Shown here piece after piece: positions 55,890 through 64,000 of a stretch of DNA of 64,000 nt. The number at the start of each line of letters is the position of its first letter. Position 1 is the stretch's first letter. The stretch lies in sequence record MW812342.1. One strand, written 5' to 3'. A program made the position numbers and the translations under genes. The notes beneath the pieces are model-generated. The model did no database searches and was not told the DNA's origin. It saw only the letters and a list, made by a program, of their open reading frames with translations.

Positions 55890-56825
55890 ATGCCTATTCC
55901 AAACATGCTGTCGGTGCTCTTACCGAGCTTCGAAGCAACGAATCTGAAAAACACGCTGAACGCAAACTGCGACGCCATCAGTGAATCACTGCTGCCTCAG
56001 TTTGAAAACCTGCGTGACCTGGTCGGTAGCGAACAGGGTAAACCGTTCCTCTCTAAGCCGGTGCAAACCCTGAGCGAAGAGTTGGTGAAAATGTTGCGTA
56101 GCTCTGGCCTTGAGGTCAAAGGTCTACGCGACCCATCTGCACTGGAATACATCATCGCAGCCATGCGTAACACGCTGGAACTGCGTCCGTTTATTGAACA
56201 GTGCATTAACCGTGACATCGGTAAGCAGGTTGTGACTGCTTCACTGACGTTCAACAAATCCACGCTCCTTCAATTGCTGGACCTCATTAACTTCTTTGTT
56301 CTTTACAGCGGTACGCTCGTAAACTACATCACTGCCGAAGAACTCGGCGCGGTGGAGAACTCGAACATTGCAGTGAAAGGTATCGGTCCAAACGATTTGC
56401 AGTACCTCCATGTTCGCATGGTAACGTACGGCATCGCTTGTCGTGTTCTGGCTACGCCTCAGTCGAAGCTCAAAGCAGACTATGCGGAAATCCCGGAAGC
56501 GGTATTTGATGAAGACACCTACAATGATCTGGTTAAGTCTTTCGGTTCGAAAGCCACCGATCCGCTGGGTCTCTCCGCAGTACCATTCCCGCTCACCATC
56601 ATTTATCGGATTAATCTGTCGTGGAACGAATGGCAGATGGACAACTACGATGAAGTGTGTGAAGCGGCGAAAGCAGCCGAGTACCGCATCTTACTGTTCA
56701 AGAAGCAGCAAGCGGAAGGGAAAGGCGACGCCGCGTTGGAAATCCTTATCGAGAAGCATGAGAAGCGTCTGGATTCCCTGAAACGCAAGCGCGAACGTCT
56801 GGCGAAAAAGAACGGTCTCGAATAA
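55890..56825 (+). CDS. virion head/inner-body protein (phiKZ gp90-like)
   Basis: 311 aa with C-terminal coiled coil; synteny. Confidence 0.65.
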   Translation: MPIPNMLSVLLPSFEATNLKNTLNANCDAISESLLPQFENLRDLVGSEQGKPFLSKPVQTLSEELVKMLRSSGLEVKGLRDPSALEYIIAAMRNTLELRPFIEQCINRDIGKQVVTASLTFNKSTLLQLLDLINFFVLYSGTLVNYITAEELGAVENSNIAVKGIGPNDLQYLHVRMVTYGIACRVLATPQSKLKADYAEIPEAVFDEDTYNDLVKSFGSKATDPLGLSAVPFPLTIIYRINLSWNEWQMDNYDEVCEAAKAAEYRILLFKKQQAEGKGDAALEILIEKHEKRLDSLKRKRERLAKKNGLE

Positions 56826-56840
56826 CAACAGGAGAGACTG

Positions 56841-57401
56841 ATGAACCAGATTAACAACCCGGACTTTAACGTGGCCGAGCGCCTCGTTAAACGTTACATG
56901 GCCAAGCTGGCCGAAAACCCGATCGAAGTCCATGATGATGACCTCATTCATGAGACGCTGACCGCGGCAGCCGTTATCCTGCCTTACTTCCGGCTCTTAG
57001 CCGCGGAGTCTGTGCAACAGGTATTATATGACGAATTTCCACAAATCGGTTTTACGTTTAATACGTTTTACAATGAAACAGTTGCGTTCGTTGTAGACGG
57101 AAAGAAACGTCCAACCAATGTCGGTACCTGGTCTGTGTTGATGTCGACGTACATGAATGATGTACACGGCACCAAATACGTTCAGGAGAAAGGCAGCTTG
57201 GGCTCGCGTATGATGTCTGCCGCTTTCGGTCAGGCTGGTAAAGTTCGTAACATGGGCACGCAGCACCAATCCATGCAACCGGATACTCGCCTCTTATCTT
57301 ATGCAGACCACGAACTGCTTGCGCGGTGGATGACACGTACTAACGGATTGTCCGATATGATAATGTCGCTGGCAGTATTCTTGAAAATCGCACGTCCCTA
57401 A
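56841..57401 (+). CDS. hypothetical virion-associated protein
   Basis: 186 aa, AGGAG SD. Confidence 0.65.
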   Translation: MNQINNPDFNVAERLVKRYMAKLAENPIEVHDDDLIHETLTAAAVILPYFRLLAAESVQQVLYDEFPQIGFTFNTFYNETVAFVVDGKKRPTNVGTWSVLMSTYMNDVHGTKYVQEKGSLGSRMMSAAFGQAGKVRNMGTQHQSMQPDTRLLSYADHELLARWMTRTNGLSDMIMSLAVFLKIARP

Positions 57402-57457
57402 GGGGGCCCCTTTCTAGGGGCGTGTAATTCGGTTATAACCAAACAGGAACAAAAGAA

Positions 57458-58786
57458 ATGGCAAATTTTGCACAACGCAGAGCTGCTCGTGAAAGCATCG
57501 AAAACACCGAACCGGGTGAAATCGACGGCCTGTCTAACGTAGAACCGGGTGTAGAAAACCTGGATACCCAACTGGCTGAAATGGCATCGGAAGATGCACA
57601 GCTGGAAGGTCTGGCTGGCGATCAGGAAACCCTGGGCGCGGACACCGCACGTACTGAAGACGCTATCGACGACGCGCAAGACGCTATCGATAACGGCGAA
57701 GAACAATCCGAAGAATCGATTGCCCACACCGAAGTGGCGCAGGAGTCGATTCGTCGTCGCTGGGGCATCGACCGCACCAAACTGGCGCGCGAAAGCTTCC
57801 GTCGTGGCCGTGGCATGACTGCCGCTGCGCAGGAAGGCTGGAAAGAAACCCTGAAAGATCTGTGGAAACGTTTCCTTGAGCTGATCAAGTCAATCGTTAA
57901 CAAGATCAAAGAGCTGAAACTCAAGTACATCAACGTGGGTAAAACCGCGCAGAACCGTGCTAAGAAGTATCAGGCCGCAATCAAAAACCTGGGCAGCAAA
58001 AAGACCAAAGATGAAATCGGCGGTAGCTGGATCAGCAAACTGTCCATCGAAGGCGCTTTCAACGTTGACGGTTCTATCGGCATCGCGAAAGAAGTGACCC
58101 AGGGCAAAGCCAAAGGCGCGATCGCTGCAATGACCAAACAGGCCGATGCAGCTGCAACCTACGTCGTGAAAGCGGCTGACGGTGAAGTGTCTGCGTCTAA
58201 AGCTTCTGGCGGTACTTCTGCTTCTGGTCCGGGCCTGATGCTGGCGTCCGACGCTCCGACTTACGACAAGATCGAGCTGTTCGGTACCGCTGCAACCAAA
58301 CTTCAGAATCTGGAAGAGTTCGCCGATGGCGAATACCAGAAACTGCAAGCCCTGCCGGGTAACGCCTACATTCAGGTCGGTAACAAGAAACTGGCTGGCG
58401 GCGTAGACTTCGCTGCTGTTGGCTTCATGACCACTGGCGACGCGACCGAAGACAAACAGGTTGCTACTCCTGAGCTGGGTAAACTGACTGCTGCTGCGCA
58501 GGGTCTGGATGCGATCGGTAAAGGCTTCGAGAAAGTCCTGCAAGACTTCCGTAGCTTCGATAGCGAAGTTGAGAAACTGCAACGCGCTGCTGAGAAAGCA
58601 TCTGGTGCTGTAGATAAAGCTGACGACGCGAACCGCGAAGCGCTGCAATCTGCACGTACTGCTGCTGACCAGTCTGTGAAGAACTATCAGGTTCTGAACC
58701 GCGCTGTGGCTTACGTTGCTAACACCGTTATCGCTGGCCTGAACGGCTACATCGGTGCTGGTATCGGTGCGTACGGTAAGAAGTAA
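57458..58786 (+). CDS. abundant head ejection protein with acidic propeptide (SPN3US gp53 / phiKZ gp93-like)
   Basis: ARE-S, AQE-S, ARE-S and AQE-G sites, acidic N-terminal region, W-x-x-I/L-K helix, high-expression codons. Confidence 0.75.
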   Translation: MANFAQRRAARESIENTEPGEIDGLSNVEPGVENLDTQLAEMASEDAQLEGLAGDQETLGADTARTEDAIDDAQDAIDNGEEQSEESIAHTEVAQESIRRRWGIDRTKLARESFRRGRGMTAAAQEGWKETLKDLWKRFLELIKSIVNKIKELKLKYINVGKTAQNRAKKYQAAIKNLGSKKTKDEIGGSWISKLSIEGAFNVDGSIGIAKEVTQGKAKGAIAAMTKQADAAATYVVKAADGEVSASKASGGTSASGPGLMLASDAPTYDKIELFGTAATKLQNLEEFADGEYQKLQALPGNAYIQVGNKKLAGGVDFAAVGFMTTGDATEDKQVATPELGKLTAAAQGLDAIGKGFEKVLQDFRSFDSEVEKLQRAAEKASGAVDKADDANREALQSARTAADQSVKNYQVLNRAVAYVANTVIAGLNGYIGAGIGAYGKK

Positions 58787-58862
58787 TCCTTCTTAACCCG
58801 TAAACGACCCGACGTTAATCATTGAGGTGGGGCACGCTGCCCCACCTAGAGGAAAAGTGAAA

Positions 58863-60143
58863 ATGGCAAACTTTGCACAAAAACGCGCTGCTCGCGAATC
58901 CATCGAAGGCACCGGTACTGTTGTCCCGGATGGCCTGGAGCTGCCAGCAGAATCGGTTGAAGGTATTCTCGCCGAGCTGGCTGAGAAAGAGCGTGATATC
59001 GACCAGACTGACTCTGAGCACGACGTGCTGGTTGAAGACGGTAACGAAACTGATGCGCAGCTGGACGCGGTTGACGCGGCCGACGACGCAGCAGCTGAAC
59101 CGTCTGACGACAAAATGGAAGCGGAAGAAGACATGCCTGACGAAGCAGCGGAAGCGCTGGACGTTGCGCAGGAATCTATCCGTCGCCGTTGGGGCTTCGA
59201 CCATCGTACCAGCGTAGCGCGCGAAAGCTACGGCAGCCGTAACCGCCGCAACGTGGCGCGTGAAAGCCTGTGGGAAGACATCAAAGCCTTCCTGAAGCGT
59301 GCGTGGGAATGGCTGAAAGAGCAGGGTCGTAAGATCAAAGACCGCTGGCTGAAATTCAGCAACCAGGGTAAATCTGTCCAGGGCCGTTCTAAGAAGTTCG
59401 GCGAACAGATCAAAAAGCTCGGCAAGCAGAAGTCTGGTAAAGACAAACTGTCAGGCGGCTTCATCAAAGATCTGACCCTGAACGGTAAGTTCGAAGGTAC
59501 CGACACTGCTGCGCTGGATATGGCGTTCACCAAGAAAGGTGAATTCGCTAAAGTTCAGGACGATGTGCTGGCTGAAATGACCAGCGCCGTTGATGAAGTT
59601 GTGAATGCGTCTGAAGCTGATTTCGCCAAAACTGGCAAAAAGGCTAAAGATCTGGCCGAAGCAATTTCTCACGACCTGAAAGGCGAGCATCCGATGCTGG
59701 GCAACCAGGTGTTCAAAGTCGAAACCGAAGCCACTGATGATGGCGAAAGCTTTGAAGCGAGCACCACCATCGTTGAAGCTGATCACAGCGTAGAAAGCGA
59801 TATCTCTACGCCGTCTGTTGCGCAGCTGACTGCCGTTAACACCTTCTTCAACAAAGTCGGTGTGGAGATCGAGAAGAAGGTTAAAGCGTATCACGCAACT
59901 AACCAGAAACGCGATCGCTACGAAGCGGCCGTTGAGAAACTGCTGAAGAAAATCGACGGCGTGAAAATCGACGAGCAGAATGGCGAGTTCTCCAAGTCAA
60001 TCCGTCTGATCCGTAAAATGATCGGCGCGACTAACCAGTTCCTGGGTGCAGCTGAGCGTGCAGACGCGGCTAACACCAAGCATCTGGTTTCTGGTCTGAA
60101 CGGCCTGCTGGTTGCCGGTATCGCTGCTTACGAGAAAAAGTAA
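58863..60143 (+). CDS. paralogous head ejection protein (SPN3US gp54 / phiKZ gp93-like)
   Basis: Same MANFAQxRAARES start and AQESIRRRWG motif as the upstream gene; start set at 58863. Confidence 0.75.
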   Translation: MANFAQKRAARESIEGTGTVVPDGLELPAESVEGILAELAEKERDIDQTDSEHDVLVEDGNETDAQLDAVDAADDAAAEPSDDKMEAEEDMPDEAAEALDVAQESIRRRWGFDHRTSVARESYGSRNRRNVARESLWEDIKAFLKRAWEWLKEQGRKIKDRWLKFSNQGKSVQGRSKKFGEQIKKLGKQKSGKDKLSGGFIKDLTLNGKFEGTDTAALDMAFTKKGEFAKVQDDVLAEMTSAVDEVVNASEADFAKTGKKAKDLAEAISHDLKGEHPMLGNQVFKVETEATDDGESFEASTTIVEADHSVESDISTPSVAQLTAVNTFFNKVGVEIEKKVKAYHATNQKRDRYEAAVEKLLKKIDGVKIDEQNGEFSKSIRLIRKMIGATNQFLGAAERADAANTKHLVSGLNGLLVAGIAAYEKK

Positions 60144-60168
60144 GTTAGTGTGCTGCTAAGGCGGAATG

Positions 60169-60204
60169 CCCTACTCCTTCGGGAGTAGGGTTTTTCTTTT
60201 TTTT
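60169..60204 (+). terminator. intrinsic terminator
   Basis: CCCTACTCC-TTCG-GGAGTAGGG followed by a long T-tract. Confidence 0.8.
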
Positions 60205-60225
60205 GTTTAAAAAGTTTTCAGATAG

Positions 60226-60240
60226 ATATTATCTTGGTGA
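60226..60240 (+). promoter_or_regulatory. putative early promoter
   Basis: ATATTATCTTGGTGA directly after the terminator. Confidence 0.7.
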
Positions 60241-60274
60241 GTATTCATCCTATTCACCTTTAAGGAGTATCAAG

Positions 60275-60907
60275 ATGCTGAATCCAGCCAAACATAAAGT
60301 GACCGTAAACATCGGGGCGTACCAGAATCCAAAGGTGCGTTATAACCGCCGTGAAGACAAAGTCTCGGTAGCGTCCGGCAAAGCAGAGTTCGTGTGCAGC
60401 TATCTCGAATTCTACGCGCTGCTGATGTGGGCCCGTCTGTCCTTCCATGAAGAAGAACAGATGGCGTTCGTTGCCGGAAACACCCGTTATGAATTAGACC
60501 CGCCGTATGGCACCACGCACCGGGAACGTATCAAAGGTCTGCTGGACGCCGCCAAAGGCTTCCTGCCGATGTCCACAGACGAACCGACAACTTATACGTG
60601 GGATGACGAAATCATCTACGGTAGCGATTTAGAGCACGTTTATCTGCGCCGGTCGGTAGACTCATGGCGTCCGGTATTTGCGCTGCGTGTGACCCTGCCG
60701 AATACGCTCAAGCGTGACGATGGGTTGGCCCTGTACCATCAGGCAAAAGAAACCATCATCGAAGGCCGTGCGTTGCCTGCGGGTACCGAAGACATCAGCA
60801 TTATCTTCCCGAAAGAAGATGCTAAGTCACCGACATACCGCGGCATCAATAACCGGAAAATCTTCGAAGAGTATACCGGCGTGCCGGTTGTCGATTCGCC
60901 GGTCTAA
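60275..60907 (+). CDS. hypothetical early protein
   Basis: Start MLNPAK with TAAGGAG SD; 210 aa. Confidence 0.75.
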   Translation: MLNPAKHKVTVNIGAYQNPKVRYNRREDKVSVASGKAEFVCSYLEFYALLMWARLSFHEEEQMAFVAGNTRYELDPPYGTTHRERIKGLLDAAKGFLPMSTDEPTTYTWDDEIIYGSDLEHVYLRRSVDSWRPVFALRVTLPNTLKRDDGLALYHQAKETIIEGRALPAGTEDISIIFPKEDAKSPTYRGINNRKIFEEYTGVPVVDSPV

Positions 60908-60914
60908 AAAGGCT

Positions 60915-60948
60915 ACCCCACCTTCGGGTGGGGTGCTCTTTCTTTTTT
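60915..60948 (+). terminator. intrinsic terminator
   Basis: ACCCCACC-TTCG-GGTGGGGT followed by a T-rich tract. Confidence 0.7.
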
Positions 60949-61072
60949 ACAAATCCCCTTTTGGTTATGCGAGGGGGTAGGCCCTTTTATGTCTTTGGCC
61001 GATCGATCGGCGCTTGTCGTTCAGACAAGCTGCCTTATTGCCTTTGACTTTATCGTTTATCGAGGAACACGT

Positions 61073-61444
61073 ATGTTGGAAACAACCAATTTTTCATTGA
61101 AGATGGAAACCATCGTTCACCCGGTGATGATTTTCAAATCCCCCACGCGCCCCGTGATTAAACTGTTTGTGGTGTTAGAGGATTTAGAAGCGGCGTTACT
61201 CGATTTGGGTAGCCGGGACTTCCGTGGCACCATCACTATCCGACTGGCCACCCCTTACTACGGTAAGGACACGTACGCCAACAGCCGGATGGACGGTATT
61301 GTATTCGATGTCGAAGGACGCACATTGTCCACGGCCGTGATTACTGACCGCGTTGAGCTGTTCACATTCGCGCGCCGGAGCTTTACTACCTACCTGCGCG
61401 AACTTATCAAAGAAATCAATAAGAGTAAGGATAATAAAGAATGA
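61073..61444 (+). CDS. hypothetical protein
   Basis: Start MLETT with GAGGA SD; 123 aa. Confidence 0.7.
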   Translation: MLETTNFSLKMETIVHPVMIFKSPTRPVIKLFVVLEDLEAALLDLGSRDFRGTITIRLATPYYGKDTYANSRMDGIVFDVEGRTLSTAVITDRVELFTFARRSFTTYLRELIKEINKSKDNKE

Positions 61445-61983
61445 AACTCTCCATCATTGCTGCGACTGACCGTAAGAACGCCATTGGTAAAGAGAACTCG
61501 CTCCCGTGGCGTTTACCGGCTGACCTCAAGAACTTCAAAGCTTTGACCGACGGCAAGCTCATCATCATGGGGCGAAAGACGTGGGAATCGCTCGGTTCCA
61601 AGTCCCTGCCAAATCGCCAGTCCATCGTCATTACCCGCGACCATACGCGTGTAACGGAAAACAGCCCCAACAACGAACGGGGTGTGATTATCGCCCCGAA
61701 CCTTGCGGATGCAATCGGTTGTGCAGAAGCGCTGGTCAAGCAAGGGACGTACCCGGATGAGGTCTTTATCATCGGTGGGTCTGAGGTCTACCACCAGACC
61801 ATCAAGAAAGCTGACCGCATTTACGTCAGCCGTGTGGACACGGTGGTGGAAGGCGCAGACGCGTTCTTCCCGGAAATTGACCGTGACTATTATCAGCAGT
61901 CTATGTCGGTTCGCCATCTGAAAGACGATGCGGGGAACACGTATGACTGGCATTACCAAATCTGGGATAAGGTAGGGGGTTAA
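61441..61983 (+). CDS. folA: dihydrofolate reductase
   Basis: IGKENSLPWRLPADLKNFK, IIMGRKTWES, LPNRQSIVITR and IIGGSEVY motifs. Confidence 0.95.
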   Translation: MKLSIIAATDRKNAIGKENSLPWRLPADLKNFKALTDGKLIIMGRKTWESLGSKSLPNRQSIVITRDHTRVTENSPNNERGVIIAPNLADAIGCAEALVKQGTYPDEVFIIGGSEVYHQTIKKADRIYVSRVDTVVEGADAFFPEIDRDYYQQSMSVRHLKDDAGNTYDWHYQIWDKVGG

Positions 61984-61984
61984 G

Positions 61985-62314
61985 ATGGGTGGTTATGCTC
62001 TGACAGAAATGAACGAGTATGAAATGAATGAATCGCTGGAGCGATACTTTCGTGAGATTACGGGGAAAGAAGAAGTGCCAGTCATGGTACTGCTGACGCG
62101 GGAGAACGGTGACCCTCGCAATACGGCGTTGCGTGGTATCGCACTGTACGATGGGGTGAAGCATAACTTCCTTCGCCTGACGCCACAACAGGCGAGACAG
62201 GCAATGGTGAAGGCTGACCTCACGAAAGGCCAATCGGTGATTCGTGAGTCCCACTACATGACAGTGGTTCGCAGTAAGACGCTGCGCAGTGGAACGGTTT
62301 ACGAACCGTTCTAA
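61985..62314 (+). CDS. hypothetical protein
   Basis: 109 aa in operon. Confidence 0.65.
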   Translation: MGGYALTEMNEYEMNESLERYFREITGKEEVPVMVLLTRENGDPRNTALRGIALYDGVKHNFLRLTPQQARQAMVKADLTKGQSVIRESHYMTVVRSKTLRSGTVYEPF

Positions 62315-62320
62315 AAAGTG

Positions 62321-62348
62321 GGGAGCTTCGGCTCCCTGTTTTTTTTTT
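62321..62348 (+). terminator. intrinsic terminator
   Basis: GGGAGC-TTCG-GCTCCC followed by a T-tract. Confidence 0.75.
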
Positions 62349-62416
62349 GCGTTTGCGTTCAGTGATATGTATAAGCACAAGCAATGGCCACCATGTGGAC
62401 GGCCTGAGGGGATGAA

Positions 62417-63943
62417 ATGCAACAGTATTTCGAAGTGCCGTCACTTGATGTGACCATCCGCAAGGCGGTTATTGACGGCATCGTCTATCGATTATTAAAT
62501 GAATCGGGGATGGACAAAGCAGACGCAGTCTTCTTAGACGCATTCAATACTGCCCACCAACCCGGTTCGACACTCGGCGATGAAACGGACGTTGAGTATG
62601 CTTCAACGGATCGCGTCTATGTCGAGGTGAATGAAGAACGTGACGAAATGGCCCGTATCAACCGTGGCGTGGGTCTGGGTATCGAACTGCCGTTCTTCCA
62701 CGACGAAGTCAACCAGATTAAAGCGTGGCCGATTCGCACCAAGTATAAAGTCTCCATTACGTTCCGCCGTAACGCCAAGTCCGAGGACGAGTTGCTACGC
62801 TGGACGAACCGGTTGAATTCGTTACTCGACATGGGCCGCTACTCGCTTGTGACCGAGTCCGAAGCGTACTTCGTGATTCCCAAGCCGCTGTTTAACCTGT
62901 TGAATGCCTGTTGGGTCGCCTCCGAAACCCGCGTGCCCATGTACCCAACTTTTAAAGAGTATCTGGCTGCTAACTTCGAAGAGTCGGTCGGGGTGGTGGC
63001 CAACGACAGCGGGGGTCAACAGACGTTAATGGTGCGCTACTCACCAACCCGTGTGGAGATGGTGTATGACGTCAATCCGCCATCGTGGGACAAGGACGAG
63101 AACCATTACGAAGCGACGATGACCGCCAACTTCGAATACGACCGCCCAGAAGAAGTCGGATGCGTCTATCCGTACATCATCAACCAAACCCCGTTGCCGG
63201 ACGCGTACTTCCCTCAAATCGATCCGCCGTGGATGGAGAACGAGGACGGTGTGGCCCGCAGCGACATTCAGACGTCGTTCGATGGGACGTGGTGGCAGAA
63301 TGAACGACGGGAATTAATTCGCCTGCCGTACCTGCTCTGCCCGCCGGAGCAACTTCACCGTATTCACTCGCCACTGGAAGCCAAACTTCTGCGGATGTTT
63401 GGTACTGATGTCTGTTTCGGCGAAGAGAACATGTCTAATCCGGTGGTGATGTCAACGTCTGATTTGCCGTACGAGTGGAACCCGGTGCTGCTTCCGTATA
63501 TCGAGCACTGCCGACTTATTGACCCGACCGGGATGACGGGTGTGTTCCGTACCGAACTCTTTGAGAACGGCTTGCGTGTGGAGCCGCGCCTGTATCACTG
63601 GCAAGACGATGAATTCTCCCTGACCCGTGAGATGGATGTACACAAAGCGTACTTCCTGACGGAGTCCGTCATTTACGATTGGCGTGGGTTGGATTTATGG
63701 CCACTCCAGAAATACCCGAAGGCGGCTGAACTGCTCATCAAATGGTTGTTCCCCAATCTGGACTTCCCGGAATACTGGTGGGACTTACCGACCCTTCCGC
63801 CAAGTGCGTGGGAGGAGATTGAAGAGAAAACCACCAACGACGAAACCGGGAAAGGCACTAACCGCAAACATTTGCTGCTGACTGTCTTTAACACCACCAT
63901 CATTGCGATACGAGGTACTTCGAATGCTGCAAGCGAAGGGTAA
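62417..63943 (+). CDS. conserved virion structural protein (neck/tail-associated, inferred)
   Basis: 508 aa, GAGGGG SD; follows the head-protein block as in phiKZ-like phages. Confidence 0.65.
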   Translation: MQQYFEVPSLDVTIRKAVIDGIVYRLLNESGMDKADAVFLDAFNTAHQPGSTLGDETDVEYASTDRVYVEVNEERDEMARINRGVGLGIELPFFHDEVNQIKAWPIRTKYKVSITFRRNAKSEDELLRWTNRLNSLLDMGRYSLVTESEAYFVIPKPLFNLLNACWVASETRVPMYPTFKEYLAANFEESVGVVANDSGGQQTLMVRYSPTRVEMVYDVNPPSWDKDENHYEATMTANFEYDRPEEVGCVYPYIINQTPLPDAYFPQIDPPWMENEDGVARSDIQTSFDGTWWQNERRELIRLPYLLCPPEQLHRIHSPLEAKLLRMFGTDVCFGEENMSNPVVMSTSDLPYEWNPVLLPYIEHCRLIDPTGMTGVFRTELFENGLRVEPRLYHWQDDEFSLTREMDVHKAYFLTESVIYDWRGLDLWPLQKYPKAAELLIKWLFPNLDFPEYWWDLPTLPPSAWEEIEEKTTNDETGKGTNRKHLLLTVFNTTIIAIRGTSNAASEG

Positions 63944-64000
63944 GGGTAAAACCACATTCGAGCCGGTGAAGACGGAGCCCGAATACCTGAACCAAGCTCA
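63924..64000 (+). CDS. next gene, truncated by the window edge
   Basis: GAGGT SD, MLQAKGKGKTTFEPVKTEPEYLNQA... open to the window end. Confidence 0.55.
   Translation, partial: MLQAKGKGKTTFEPVKTEPEYLNQA

Noticed and set aside
1-64000. CRISPR array, rRNA, integrase or transposase
   Set aside because: No regularly spaced direct repeats or matching motifs seen; PhuZ tubulin and the fifth nvRNAP subunit were also not recognised in this window

Overview
This is a 64-kb segment of a nucleus-forming jumbo phage (phiKZ-like, Chimalliviridae). It most resembles the enterobacterial SPN3US / Erwinia jumbo phage group, judged from gene order, A-x-E head-protease sites and overall style; no database search was possible. 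Positions 1-7.5 kb are an accessory region: an Ntn-hydrolase, a TerB / membrane protein / TAXI module, a ParB-like ORF and 11 tRNA genes, interleaved with many structured, apparently non-coding elements. Positions 7.5-46.7 kb hold the early/replication core: both halves of a split family-B DNA polymerase, probable chimallin (ChmA), ChmC and PicA, four non-virion RNA polymerase subunits, an Mre11/SbcD nuclease, an SF2 helicase and one virion RNAP beta' piece. Positions 46.7-64 kb hold virion head, inner-body and baseplate genes plus DHFR. The two most striking observations are: (1) an array of tRNA-shaped but apparently non-decoding RNAs and large structured RNAs inside the tRNA cluster, including a ~220-nt tmRNA-like cloverleaf, an anticodon-less cloverleaf on a long stem and a ~600-nt multi-helix RNA; and (2) a T-TTT-TTC slippery site followed by a hairpin at 41669 that would fuse two adjacent genes by -1 frameshifting. 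phiKZ/SPN3US gene equivalences rest on recalled motifs and synteny and need confirmation. All RNA helices were paired by eye, without energy or covariance calculation. Several starts were moved from the ORF track to the ATG that has a Shine-Dalgarno sequence.
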